In this document: piece after piece, positions 13,445-30,599 of the stretch
Position numbering within the stretch: the first letter of the stretch is position 1
How the letters are laid out: the number at the start of each line of letters is the position of its first letter
Origin: the human T2T-CHM13v2.0 reference genome, Homo sapiens
DNA: 64,000 nucleotides
Assembly (NCBI RefSeq): GCF_009914755.1
Contig: NC_060937.1
Reading direction: 5' to 3' (one strand)
The notes under the pieces: model-generated
Databases searched by the model: none
Told to the model about the DNA's origin: nothing
Seen by the model: only the letters and a program-made list of their open reading frames with translations
Translations under genes and position numbers: made by a program

Positions 13445-14411
13445 TGATAGCAGCAGGAGACAAATTCCTAGGCAGACAAGGGCTGGTCCCCAGTGAGACC
13501 TGACCTTCAAACCAAAGACAATTTAAAGCCTGAAGCCTGAAAACTGAACTGCCCCTTCTCTGTAGAGTCCACCACTAGAATGAGAACTTCCTTGACGCCT
13601 TTTAACCAATCAATTAGTGCTTTTTCCAAGCCTGCCCATGGACCGATCAGCATAAACTCTCCCATTCTGAGCCCATAAAAACCTTGACTCAGCCACATCT
13701 TGGGTTACCCGCTTTCTGATCCCCCTCTCTCACAGAGGGCTATCCACTTTGGGTCCCTTCTCATGTGGAGAGCTCTTATGTCTGTCACTCAATAAAACAC
13801 TTCTTCACTTTGCTCCCTCTCTGGTGTCCAAGTACCTCATTCCTCTTGGACGTGGGACAAGAACCTGGAACCCTCTGAACAGCCTGTGCAAAAAGAGCTG
13901 TAACACTGTAATCCTCCCTCCCACTCAATGAGCAACTTGGGAGAAAAAGCCACTGGGTGCCACATGCTCCCATTCACCAAGCTTTGGGCGGTGGGACTAA
14001 AGGAGTTATGACATATCCCTGTCCTCTGAAGCTGCAGGCAGAAGGAATGAACATAAGCTGTAACACTTCTCTGGGGCTCAGACCTTGGGACTCCCTGAAC
14101 AAAAGCTGTAACACCCCTTGGGGCCCTGCAGTTACTGGCATCTCCGAGTTTTTGGGCACCACTGTGTCCCCCCTAGTCCAGACGCCAACACTCAAGGTAG
14201 ACAGAAGATGTTCAAGGCGGCACACCTGGACTGGGCCTGAGAACAGAGGCCTGATGGGCAAGGGATCCAGGCAGATAGCACGAGCTGAGCACAGCCTGCC
14301 CAGCAGAGTGTGCAGAGCAAGCCCAGTGGGCCTGAGCAAAGCCCCAGAAGAGGTCCTGGGGGCCGCAGATATTTCTGGCTGGCAAAGAGGCACCAAACAT
14401 ATCCTGTGTCA
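13445..14411 (+). mobile_element. ERV1-class solo LTR (LTR27/LTR28/LTR1/MER52 group)
   Basis: TG...CA termini, 4-bp TSD AAAA, CCAAT (13606), CCCATAAAA TATA-like box (~13672), AATAAA (13791), repeated GCTGTAACAC motifs. Confidence 0.85.
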
Positions 14412-14565
14412 AAAACACATCCGAAAAAATTTCAGTTAAAGAATATCCTATAAAATAGTGGCCAGTACTCATCAAAAGTGTTAAGTTTAACAAAACCAAT
14501 GAAAGTCGAGAAACTGTCACAGCCAAGAGAATCCTAAGCACACATGACATCTAAAATGTAATGTG

Positions 14566-14876
14566 GGCCGGGCGCGGTGGCTCACGCCTGTAATCCCAGC
14601 ACTTTGGGAGGCCGAGGTGGGCGGATCACGAGGTCAGGAGATCGAAACCATCCTGGCTAACACGGTAAAACCCTGTCTCTACTACAAATACAAAAAATTA
14701 GCCGGGCGCGGTGGCGGGCGCCTGTAGTCCCAGCTACTCAGGAGGCTGAGCCAGGAGGATGGCGTGAACCCGGGAGGCGGAGCTTGCAGTGAGCCGAGAT
14801 TGCGCCACTGCACTCCAACCTGGGCGACAGAGCGAGACTCTTTCTCAAAAAATAAAAAATAAAAAATAAATAAAAT
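14566..14876 (+). mobile_element. AluY, full length, CpG-rich
   Basis: Near-consensus AluY; perfect TSD TAAAATGTAATGTG at 14552-14565 / 14876-14889. Confidence 0.95.
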
Positions 14877-16549
14877 AAAATGTAATGTGATATCCCAGAT
14901 GAAATTTCGAAATAAACAAACAAACCAACAAAGGTATGTAGAAACTATGGAAAACTGGTTATATATTTTAGCTAATTAGTTGTCAATTGTGATAAATGTA
15001 CCAAACTAATGGAAGATGTTTATAATAAGGGAAAATGGGTGTGGGAGTTATGGAAACTCTCTTCATAAATTCTCTGTATATATAAGCCTTCCAAAATTTT
15101 TTAAAGGTTTATTTAAAAATATACTTAATCTGGTTTTCAACAAGGTAATAATTTTAAAACACACTTGTAAGATACATAAAAAATAAGCATTTTATAATGA
15201 AAAGCAAGTTGACTTTTAAAAGTATAAACAAATTGGAAATTCAGGGAAATTTTTTTTAACGCGAAGTCAAAAGATTTTAGTCTTAAACTCAAAAAGCAGA
15301 TTTTCTTTTTACTAATTAAATGTTCTAAAGATTAAGCACAAAATTATAAGACTTGTTAAAAACCTGTAAGTGGTTTAGAAAAACAGCTATAAAATTTACT
15401 CTCTTTATAAAAAGAGAGAAGAACAAAATCATCGGATAATTTGTAATAAGACAAACTAGAGTGGTGGTTTTTGTTTTTTTATATAAAATTGATAAGAATT
15501 ACTGCTAAAAACAATTTGTGTTAAACTATTTATTTAAAATTCAATAATTTACTTGAAACTTTTATCATCACTAAAGCCCTATCTCTCTTAATTCTCTATA
15601 TCACTCAGAACCAAATCTCAGTTCCAGACTCTGTATGGCAATAGGTGCTGTTAGAGGTAAGAAGAAAAAAATGACTGTAATTTAAAACAATGAATTTTGA
15701 CAGAAGCAGCATTCAGAAAATTTCTATCCCAAAGATATAATTTTAATATGCTGGAAGTAAGAATGGAAAACAGATAGAGTCAAAAAAAAATTAATATTAA
15801 ACAATATATTTTATCCGGTAAACTAAACTTCCTGAAATGAGTTATTCCTTTAATTATCAAAAAAAAAACTAAAAGCATTTGTCCATGTTTGCTTTATTCT
15901 TTTGTTGGTGAGCCCAATTCATGGAGTCATAGAGAAATTAAGTAATCTTTCCAAGGTCATGCAATTGCTTTGTGCAGTGAGCTTGTTTTCTTTGTTACTA
16001 TACCAATTTGCTTTTCATTAATTTATTAGTCCAAAATCATGTACTGAATGCATAAGATGTCCGCCATCCCCTGTAAAAATACAAATAAGAAAAAGAAAAC
16101 AAAAATGGAACTCTTTTGCTTCATAAAGTTTCTAATATCTTATTATTTTTGCTCATTCTAATTTCTAATAAAACTTTTCTGGTCTTTTAGCTGTGCTTAA
16201 TTCCCACGGGTTATAGATTATTTTATTTTGCATGTGTTTTATGTAATTTTTCAACTATTTCATATCTGCTAATGTGAAGGATATACATTTTTGCAAAACT
16301 TGATAACTTGCAAGCAATGTTTAAATATAAATGCCACTGTCTCACATATTAGAATATTTCAACCAATTAGTTGTCCATTTTTACTCAGTTGACTGGCCTC
16401 ATAATTATTCACTGCCATGATAACTCTCTGTGCCTTTGCCTACTGTTGCCAAAAGACAAAGTCTCTTGAGTGCTATTTTAAAGGAATTTACCTTTTAGTT
16501 AAAGAATGTGAAAGAGCACTAGATCCTCCATATTATATCTAATATTTTT

Positions 16550-16721
16550 TAAATTTAATTTTTAATTTTTGTAGGTACATAGTAGGCATATATATTTATG
16601 AGGTATATAAGATATTTTGATATAGACATATAATATGTAATAATCACATCTGGATAAATGCGGCATCAAGCATTTAGCCTTTCTTTGTGTTACAAACATT
16701 TCAATTATACCCTTATTTTAC

Positions 16722-16752
<31 letters not shown>

Positions 16753-17330
16753 TTGAGACAGAGTCTCACTCTGTCACCTAGGCTGGACTGCAGTGGTGTG
16801 ATCTCAGCTCACTGCAAACTTTGCCTTCAAGTTCAAGTGATTCTCCTGCCTCAGCCTCTTGAGTAGCTGGGATTATAGGCCTGCACCACCACACCCAGGC
16901 TAATTTTTTTGTATTTTTAGTAGAGATGGGGTTTCAGCATGTTGGCCAGGCTGGTTTTCAACTCCTGGTCTCAAGCAATCCTCCTGCTTCGGCCTCCCAA
17001 ACTGCTGAGATTGCAGGCATGAGCCACCGTGCCTGTCCCATTTAGTTATTTTTAAATGTACAATAAATTTTTGTTGACTGTAGTTACCCTGTTGAGATCC
17101 TACTCATTCTGTCTAATGTATTTTTGTATCCATTCACAATCCCCACTCCCCCAACCTCCATCCCCCACTACCCTTCTCAGCCTCTTGTAGTCATCATTCT
17201 ATTCTCCATCTCTATTAATTCAATTGTTTTTATTTTTAGAGCTCACAAATTAAAGAGAACATGCAAAGTTTGCCTTTCTGGGCCTGGCTTATTCGTTAAA
17301 CACCATATTCTTCAGTTCCATCCACGTTGT
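16550..17330 (-). mobile_element. L1MA-like 3' end interrupted by an Alu
   Basis: GTAGGTACATAGTAGGCATATATATTTATGAGG...; TTGACTGTAGTTACCCTGTTG...CAGTTCCATCCACGTTG. Confidence 0.8.
16722..17038 (-). mobile_element. Alu (Jb/S-like) with (AAT)n tail
   Basis: Dimeric Alu on the minus strand; (TTA)n at 16722-16752. Confidence 0.92.
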
Positions 17331-17869
17331 TTCACCACTTTTTATAAACACTAAGAGGTTTTTCAGTTACATTATGAAAAGAAGCTATGTTAAATTCCTT
17401 GTCGTAATGCTTCTCTATGACAGTTTTCATAGGCAATCTTTAAAATTCTGCTGTTAACTAATGTATTAATTGCTTATTTTAAGTGCACGTATTCACTTAA
17501 ATATATTTATTCATGAAATGTCAGTCAGGAAACAAAGCACTGAGAAAATTAAATTTATCAGCCCATCATCAATTTTAAATTTTTTATAGTGCAAGATTCA
17601 TGTTTAGTTTCCAAGGTATCACTTTACTACAAGCAATTTTTTTAAATCTACATATTCAATTCATAGTAATGTTTTTGAAACAAAGTACGTAATTCAGTAT
17701 TTCATTATATTTCACAAAGTCTGAGATGAAACAAATTATCTTTTAATCTATGTGCATTCATACATGAACTTTCTTTGTGAATAATTTTCAGCATGCATGG
17801 ATTTACTATATGCCAAATTTCCAAAATATTTATCGATATTCAGCATTTAAGAAGTAAAAAGGCTCTACT

Positions 17870-18380
17870 TATTAGATACATTTTCCCTGCTGTTTGCATT
17901 CTAATCATATGCAAATAAGTTGTTACATTTCTTTCCCTTTGATAGTGCATTTGTTCATTAAGCTTTAACACATTGTCTGTGTTATTCACCACAAAGAATT
18001 TAGTTTCTCTGTTTAAGCAGAAGTTGGAGAGTCCTAGTATACCTGTTTTTTTATGTTGCTTTTTACATCTCATTAACTTCTTCTAATTTGCCACTGGTAG
18101 TCAATGTATACTTTTTGTGTTGCTATTGCCATGAAACAAATTATTCCACCCCTCATGACTGCTCTGGCAGCTTCCCACAAAACACCCCGGCTAGTTTCTT
18201 GGTTTTTATTGATATTAATTTATTCTGAAATAGTCTTCATCTGTTGCACAAATGCTGCAGTTTTAATTAGAGAGTTGTTAAATCTCCATACTTCAGATCT
18301 CCTATAATTTAGTATATCACCAGAGACTTTGACACCAGGAAATTACCAAGCAAAGATAGATTTTCAATAGCAGATGGTTG
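17870..18380 (-). mobile_element. Ancient L1-clade ORF2 fossil (end of endonuclease plus linker), non-mammalian-type sequence
   Basis: Manual minus-strand translation: SLLGNFLVSKSLV (~18356-18318); WRFNNSLIKTAAFVQQMKTISE*ININKNQETSRGVLWEAARAVMRGGII (from 18288); then, in another frame, KKQHKKTG...NVLKLNEQMHYQRERNVTTYLHMIRMQ (ORF 17840-18073). Confidence 0.65.
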
Positions 18381-19466
18381 CATGCTTCAACATATCTCAT
18401 ATTTTTTTCATACTCAAGTAGTCAGGCTTCAATAAAATGTTAATAAAATAAACCAAGTTGCATACCTATTTTTATAGTTTATTTCTCAGTTAATATGAAA
18501 TTACTTAAAGTGATAACATATACAAAATATTATTTTGCACCTTGCCTTTTTTAAAACAAAATTTCAGTATATTGTGAGAATTACTACAACGTGAGAAGGT
18601 TTTTTTCTATTCAGGGTGAGGAAGCTGCATAGTATTATATCATTTTGATATACTGTAATTCATTTAGTTCTTATTTGAAAATTGCAATTAAGGTGATTTC
18701 AATGCTCTGAGAATGTCTTTGAACTGGGGAATGGGCATGAGTTTCAAATTAATTTTTAAAATTAATATGTTTGGACTTTTCACATTAATTTTTCTGGGGT
18801 CTAGGAATTTATGCTCTCAGTATCAAATTTAATATTGTGGAATAAGTTCATTGATGGGTTGGATTTTATAGGATATTTCTTTCTTTTATTTTAGTTGAAC
18901 AATACACAAGATTATATTCAAGGAATACAACAACATGAAGATGTGTGCCATCATATTCCACTTTTTTCAAGTTGTGAAATGTACTGAATATGTGGAAAGC
19001 TCAAAAGATATGTAACAGATAAATGTATTCTCTTTATATATATATGTATATATGTATAGATATATAGTTGATGTTAACATTTTGCCACATTTGCTACAGT
19101 ACTGTAATTTTCAAAGAATAAGTTGTAACAGATACAGCTATGAACAGACCTATCACTCCCCTTTATTTTTCCAATACAAGTTACTATTATTCTGAAGTGT
19201 AAGTTTTTCCTTCTAATTAACATTAGTTCTTTATAAATACAAAAATTATGTCTCCAGTATGTCCTACTGTTTCCTGTGTCATAAAATTTATAACACTTCT
19301 ATTATACTGTATTATATTTTATAGCCTTTTTATAAATTTCATTTATTGCTCAAAATTATTATGAAATAAAACTCATATTGATACATGTATATATACACCA
19401 CTGATTTAAACATTACGTATCATACAATGAACATATTAATAACTGCTGTGTTTCATCATATACTAA

Positions 19467-19848
<382 letters not shown>

Positions 19849-20237
19849 GCACTTTTTCTTTTAACAATACAGAAAGCACTTTTATGTGTATCCTTATATA
19901 TGCATGAGAGTTTCTCCATTGTGCAGTTATCAGATGTAAAATTAATAGATCGTGTAAGATAACTATCTTCACATTTTCTAGGAATTGCCAGATGGCTAAG
20001 TAGGTATAACAGTTGACATTCTCAACAGTAATCACCAACAATTAATGTCACAATTCATTACTTTTTCCAGTCTCTTGGATGTAAAACTTGAATTTTATTC
20101 TTTTAGAATTTCCATTTCCCTAATTATTTGAGATTTTATTATTTTAGGCATGATTTCATAACTGTATTAGTACTTTGGAATTCAACTTTTAAAATCACCT
20201 CCTCCAATTTAGTGTCTGTATTTCAAATGGTTGTGGT

Positions 20238-20412
20238 TTTTTTTCTTTTTTTTCTTTTTTGAGATACAGTCTTGCTCTGCTGCGCAGGGTGGAGGGCAGT
20301 AGCGCAATCTTGGCTCACTGCAACCTCCACCTTTGAGGTTCTAGTGATGCTCAGGCCTCAGCCTTCCGAGTAGTTGGGATTAGAGGCACATGCCACTATG
20401 TCCAGCAGGTTT
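20238..20412 (-). mobile_element. Alu right monomer (AluJ/FRAM-like)
   Basis: T-tract, then GAGATACAGTCTTGCTCTG...GCCACTATGTCCAGC; diverged. Confidence 0.8.
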
Positions 20413-20454
20413 TCTTGATTATTCAAAATGCTACAGTCTATACCATAGTTACTA

Positions 20455-20981
<527 letters not shown>

Positions 20982-23089
20982 TCAATGAATGGAGTACATG
21001 GTCTCTATTTCTGTTGAATTGATTTTATTGTTTATATTTACATTTTAATATATTAGCATTTTTACCCAACTGACATGTGGTCTCTCTCTATATATATTCT
21101 TATTATGATTGCTATTTGACCTGAAACTATTTATTAAGAACCGTTTATTAAGAGTCAACCTTTCTCCACTGATACCTTATGTACCAAATTAATAAGGGTC
21201 TGTCCCCTGCCTCTGTCTTCTATGTCTTTGGTATAGGCTGTATCACTAAACCAATAGAACACATACAAGTTACTACATCATTATAGCATGTTATTACCTG
21301 TGTGCACATCACACATTTATTGCCTTTAATTTTCAAAATTATCTTAGCCTTTTTGGAAAATGTACTCATGTTGATTAAAAAAAGTTTGCGAAGAACCCTG
21401 TAGAATCTTTATGAAAGATTATGTTGTTATTCTAAAAACATATGAATGAAGCTGCCATATTGAATATATTGAATTTCTTTTTACAAATATAGAACGTTCT
21501 GTACTTACTTCTACCATACAGTGTGTCTTGTTATGTGCTATTTTGTTAATTGGATCCCATAAAATATAAGTATTTGATTATTTATTCATGTATAGAATTC
21601 ATTAAATGTTGTTCATTCATACTGTACCTAGAAACCCTGCTGGATTCTCTTAGACATTCTAATCCTTAAATCTATATTTGTTTGATAGTCAATGTACAAT
21701 ATAATAAATTTATGAATATTAAGTTTTATCCCTCTCCACATAGTAAAAAAAAAACAACACACATTTAAAAGTTGATTACTATTCTCTCTTATATAGTGCT
21801 AGTAAGAAACTACATTTCAATTGGAATCATTATGGAGCACATTTTTGGCATTTGCTTTAAATATAAAGAAAATTTTAAGAATTTACCATTCATGATACCA
21901 CATTATAAAAGTTTGGGTAGATTTACTATATATTCTTTGTTTTCCCAGAGATATAATCATAAATTGAAGTGGAGTTTTGTAAAATAATCTTTGTGCATTG
22001 AGATGTTTTAAAACTTTTATTTTCTTAAGGTATTAAATTGATAACTATATTAAAAGTTGTTCTAAAGTTTAATAACATTTGTACTTCTGAAACAATCGCA
22101 AATTGTTTGCACTGTGTTTTTACACTAAGCACTGTGCAAATACTTAGATTTTGATTTGTTATATAGACACTGTGACATTGATGTGATTTTTAGTGTTTTT
22201 AAACATTCCTTAGAATTCCTTAGAATGTTGTAAAAATTATGATTACCTTTTCTTGCAATAAAAGACTATTTTAAACATATCAAAAAGTAGTATATTAGTT
22301 TGTTTTTGTATTTTGGAGGGTAGGTAAATTCTAATTACTGTCAATGAAAGGTTATGTGTTCAAATTTCAATGAACTAAATATGACTATAGTTATATCTTA
22401 CTAGAAAATTTTCTATTTCTTCAAAGCATTCACATTTTCACATTTTGTAAATGTAGTTATATATATTTTGTAAATACATATATATGTATGTATATAAAGT
22501 ATTCCTGAATAAATATACAGAAAGATATTCATATTTTTATATCATGTGTTATTATCATTTTCCAGTATAAACTTTTAAAAAATATTTGTTTTGGCATTGT
22601 TTCTTAATTGATGAGTTTCCTATTGTATTAATCTGTTTAAAGCATATGCTTTTGGCTTTATTTTTGTTTTGTTTTCTTCAACTTTTTTTCTCATACTTTG
22701 TCTTTATTTGGGATTAATATATTTTTCTTAATATTCTTGAGCTTTATGTGTGAATTATTAACTTTCAGTTTTTTATTTCTTTTTATATGATTTGATCCCT
22801 AAACACTCAAAGTAATTATTTTCTTAGTGACAATCGGAAGTTTTAATATTTAGTGACATTTTAGTCACTCTGATCTAAAAATTCTCTAATTTTTATTAGG
22901 GACTTAACCTCTCAATTAATAGTTTTTTAGAAACTAACATTATTCTATTTTAAAAATTTCATTATTGTTGTATTTTATTCGGAATAGATATCTCTGATAT
23001 CATGCAATTTTTATTTTTACATAAATACAAATAAAAAGTGAACATGCTCTATAAATGCTAAATATGTGTCAGAAAATAATGGAAAAATT

Positions 23090-24385
<1,296 letters not shown>

Positions 24386-24389
24386 AAGG

Positions 24390-25740
<1,351 letters not shown>

Positions 25741-27442
25741 ATGGAATGGATATTCTTTTCTTCAGTGTGTATATAATCTATATAATAAGCTAGAATTGAT
25801 CAATTATTTGTCAAGTGTTTTATACACTTGTACTGCAACTAGACTGATTATTATGGATACTAATTTCATTACATAAGTAATGAGTTTACTTATAATTATT
25901 TTTGCTTGTTCTAGGCTACCAACTACTGATATAGTTGAAATAGAATCAACTTCAGGGATTGTAGACTTTTTATCTTTTTCCCAAGTTGAGGCCCATCTAC
26001 TTGAAGAAATCCTGTATTTTATCCTTGTTCAATATCTTTCTTTATCTATAATATCTGTTTTGCTTAAGGCCAATTTTGTCTTTTAATACTATATACTAAA
26101 TCTTTGAAAACTATTTTGATTCAAATTTTTCTGATATATATTTCCTGCCTTCATTTTTACTTTCAATCTATCTAAACATTATATTCATGAATTTATTTTA
26201 AAAACTTCATTTTTGTATTTTGTAAACTGATTTGATAATTTTTGTTTTTAATCCTGTGTAAGCTCTTAACATTTATAATAAACTAATGCATTGTGATTTA
26301 TTTTTCCCATCTTTTTGTGCTTTCTACTTACCAAGTTACTTTCTATCTTTTACACACTCTATTGAATTTTTAAAGTTGCCTTTATTTCTTTGTCAACTTG
26401 ACATTTCTATAATCATTTATAAATGTTTAGTGTTATTTATGGATAGTACTATTTATCAATATTTACAATATATACTTGATTAAACTAAACAGATCATTAT
26501 TCAATATATATACTATTATGCAGAACCATGTAGCACTTTAGAATTCTTATAACCAGAAATGTAGATATTATTATTGTTTTTAAAAATGATATTTAGTCAG
26601 GTTCATACATATGCTCATCAATTTAATTGCTCAGAATTTTTTTCCACACCACATTGTTTTCTACTAGGTTCTATTTTTTATTTTTTATTTTTAAATTTCT
26701 ATAGGTACATAATAATTGTATGTATTTGTAAGGTATGCATGATGTTTTGATATAAGAGTATAATGTATAATGTTCAAATCAGAGTAAGTGGGGTATCTGT
26801 CACCTCAAGCATTTATCAATTCTTTGTGTTGGGAATTAATTTTATTCCTGGAGACAGCCCTATAGCAGTTCTTTCAGCAAGAATATACCATTAATTTTTA
26901 AAAACTATTTTGCTTATTTTCTTGTTTGATGGTTATATTCCCTCATTCCATTACCTCCTAACTTCTACTTTTCTGTTTTCTAGTTTGCTGTAAATATCAG
27001 TGTATATACTTCATACTTATTCTGTCTTTTCTCTGCAGTTTTTTTTATTATTTATTTTGCTCTTTAATGCAAGATTTTTACAAAGTGTCTATTTAAGGTT
27101 TTATTTTTATTCATCCTATCCTTAACTTATTGAATTTTAATCATCTGAGACACCAGAACTTCTGATTTTTCTAGAGAAGTCTTTGTCAAGTTCTCTTTAA
27201 ATACAACATTTTTCTCATTATCTCAAGCCTTTCTTCATAATACTTCATTTAAATGGGCAGTCTACCTTTTCTTTCACATTGCTTTTTATTCCTTCTATAT
27301 GGAATTATATGTACTTCAAATCTTTCTCATGATTTACTAATTTCCCTTTTAGTATCTCACTCATCTATTCTACAATTCTATATCTACACAGTACATTGGA
27401 AGTGCCTTTACACAGCAGTTTTGCCTTTTATTATGCGTCTCC

Positions 27443-28019
27443 TTTTTTTTTTTTTTTTTTTTTACTTTAAGTTCTGGGAAATGTGCTGAGTGTGCAGGTT
27501 TGTTACATAGGTATACATGTGTCATGGTGGTTTGTTGCACCCATCAACCAGTCATCTAGGTTTTAAACCCTGCATGCATTAGGTATTTGTCCTAATGCTC
27601 TCCTTCCCCTTGGCCCCACCCCTTGACAGGCCGTGGTGTGTGATGTTCTCCTCCCTGTGTCCGTGTGTTCTCATCGTTCAACTCTCACTTATGAGAGAGA
27701 ACGTGCGGTGTTTGGTTTTCTGTTCCTGTGTTAGTTTGCTGAAGATGATGGTTTCCAGCTTCATCCATGTCCCTGCAAAAGATATGAACTCATTCTTTCT
27801 TATGGCTGCATAGTATTCCATGGTGTATATTTGCCACATTTTCTTTATCCATTCTATCACTGATGGGCATTTGGGTTAGTTCCAAGTCTTTGCTATTGTA
27901 AATAGTGCTGCAATAAACATACATGTGCATGTGTCTTTATAGTAGAATGATTTATAATCCTTTGGGTATATACCCAGTAATAGGATTGCTGGGTAAAATG
28001 GTATTTCTGGTTCTAGATA
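27443..28019 (-). mobile_element. 5'-truncated L1PA7/8-like 3' end
   Basis: Poly-T, then TACTTTAAGTTCTGGGA...GTTTGTTACATAGGTATACATGTG; ORF 27678-27860 encodes the ORF2 C-terminus (WIKKMWQIYTMEYYAAI...WMKLETII). Confidence 0.93.
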
Positions 28020-30523
28020 CAAGATGAATAATACAAAATCATTAATAAGAAATGTGTCTTTAGTAATGAAGGGTTGTTATAGAGTGAAAAACCAAATATA
28101 AATGAATCTGTTGTAAAACTCCAAGCTTGGTATATACTAACAGATAATAAATTGAGGAAGGGAAGTTTAGGTTTAATTTCAGAAAGTTTAAAACAAAAAT
28201 CTTTATGAGAAAATTAAAAGTTAAATAATGAAATGGTAATTTTTAGATTAAGTACCCTAGAACTTAAAGTATAATAAAATATATATATGTATAAAATAAA
28301 TACATAAATGAAGAATGAAAGAAAAAAGAAAAAATGCAATGGAAAGCTGAAGGCATATTGTTAAAGTCTAATACTCAAGCCATTGGCAATAAGTAATGGA
28401 GTCCTATTAAGATAAAAATATAATTGAGCAACAATGTGATGGATTTTTTGTTGTTGTTGTTAAATAGATTCGGTCTTTTTCCCCAGCCTGCATAGATTTA
28501 AGGCTAAAATGTTCTCATTCACAAACACATAAGAGATAAGTAGTTTCCCAGCTGGTAACATATGGAGCCTGTTTTGGGGATTTCTCCAAAATGTTATTAT
28601 AATTTTTAATATATTTCCTTTCCTTCATTTGCTTATTTCCCTGTTCTTTCAAACTATCTGTATTATTTAGACATATTTAAGGTAAAGATGATATTGCATG
28701 CGTTGGAAAATGGAATTCCATAATGCAACTTAAATTATGTTATCCCAAAAATAGAATGCTCAAAATTTTATTATAAAATACAGGTATTTGATGTTTTCAG
28801 TGAGCTTATTTTCTTTCTTATAGTTTTATTTTGTTTACTGCAAAATAATAAGATATAGTTGTTTGGAGGTTGTAAGTAGGATACTCTGTTTTTGATTTCC
28901 TGCTTTTGTTGGCTGTGACCTTGAAATACTTACAAAATGTTTTATTTCAATAAATATGTGAACATTATCTTCGTATTTCCTGGAAGAATTAACACTAAAA
29001 ATAGAATTTCTGGGAATAATGTCAAAATGTTGGTTAATCATTATTAGCTGATACAATGATATCATTACTTAGAACATCATTCTTCCAAATATGGTGATTT
29101 TAAAAGAGAATAAGGTTAAACATTCACATATTTATCATGATTACCAAAATGTGATACCAAAAATAAGCAAGACTAAACACCAGGGTTCTTTAAAAATACT
29201 TAGTAGAAATAGATATTTAGTATTTACTTTCAAATTTGAAATGCTATTATTTTTCAATCAAATTATTTTTTCTGCAACACAGACCCCCATGATTCACATT
29301 TACCTATGTAACAAATCTGCACAAGTACCCCTGAACTTAAAAGTTTAAAAAATACATTTTGTTCTACTATGTGCTAACCACCAATGCTGCATACATTATG
29401 TATTATGATGAACAGGGTCAAAACTCTCCTTGCCTCATTACATTCAGATACTAGAGAAGGTTCCAGATGAGTAAGCAGGAAATAATAATGAAGCAATTTG
29501 AGCTAGTGATGGGGTGGTAGGGAATATCATGAGAGTACATGTAGAGGAGAAGCGCTACTCAATATTTTCTATGTGTTTTTGAGTGTGTTTTAGGTTGATC
29601 AGAAAAGACTGCCATTTAAGCTGAGGTGTCAAGAATGGGGTCAAAGGACAAAAAGCAGTAAATACTTAGTGTGACCAAGTCAAAAGATCTAATGTACAAA
29701 ATGAGGACTATAATTAATAATGGAGAGTTGTATTCAGAATTTTTGCTGAATTAGTAGACTATAGCTGCTTTTGCCAAAGGATGGGAAATTAATTAGTAAC
29801 TGTGAGATGATGGATAATTTAATTTGTAACAATGTAGTAACCATTTTACTATATATATATGTGTGTGTTTTATAACATCATGTTGTATATATTAAATATA
29901 CACAATAACATTTATTTTTAATACAAACTTCATTGCATTTTTCTATAGGTGGATAATGCAAAATTATATATTGTTGGCAACATTTCTTTCCATAACTGTA
30001 ACATAATACATTTCTCATGTAACATTTTTCCCTAAAAGTTTCACTTTGGAAAATTTATGTTTTCTTTCAAAATTTGAAATAACAGTTAGTTTCAGTAACA
30101 TCTATTTCTGAGTACCATAAAAATAACACTTTAAGTTTTAAACAATTTAGAAATAAATTTGAACTTTGTAAATTAAAATAATATTTCATAAATTACTTTA
30201 TTAGAGGTATATACTGAGCAATTTATTTAAATAAATTAGTCACTCTGTGCCATGATTCTAAAGCTTTCTCTCTCCATATATCTTTAATATATATATATCT
30301 TTTAATATCTTTTATATCTATGGGTCTGATGTATCTTTCATTTTAATTTAATTGTATATCTGGTCTTCAGTGAAAAGTCTGGATTCTGATCTTAATCCAA
30401 AGAGTTTGTCTTCCTGGAAGCTTCTCATAGATTTTCTGTCAAGAGGGAGTAAACCACTGACCATAGGAGCTAAGCCTAAATTATTACGTATGCTCAAGGC
30501 GAACCTCTTATTCTCTGACTTAC

Positions 30524-30599
30524 CTGGAGCCAGCATAATTCTTGAGTCTCACTTAGTAGTGTAAAATAACCGACATTTCATTTTCAGGTCTCTGAACCA
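30524..30599 (-). other. Candidate 76-nt non-coding internal exon
   Basis: Minus strand: TTTTTTCCTTCCTACAG|TGGTTC...GCTCCAG|GTAAGT; stop codons in all three frames. No transcript evidence available. Confidence 0.35.

Larger units (their letters stand above)
12890..15120 (+). mobile_element. Old L1 3'UTR (L1MC/MD-like) hosting an LTR and an AluY
   Basis: TGGAGAAACCTGATAAAT..., GAAAGTCGAGAAACTGTCACAGCCAAGAG, GATAAATGTACCAAACTAATGGAAGATGT; sequence resumes across both inserts. Confidence 0.65.

Noticed and set aside
13749-14550. ORFs of 112-160 aa on both strands
   Set aside because: They fall essentially within an ERV1 LTR; no recognisable protein.
30348-30564. Two protein-looking antiparallel ORFs (62 and 70 aa)
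   Set aside because: No recognisable homology, short, and no supporting gene structure.
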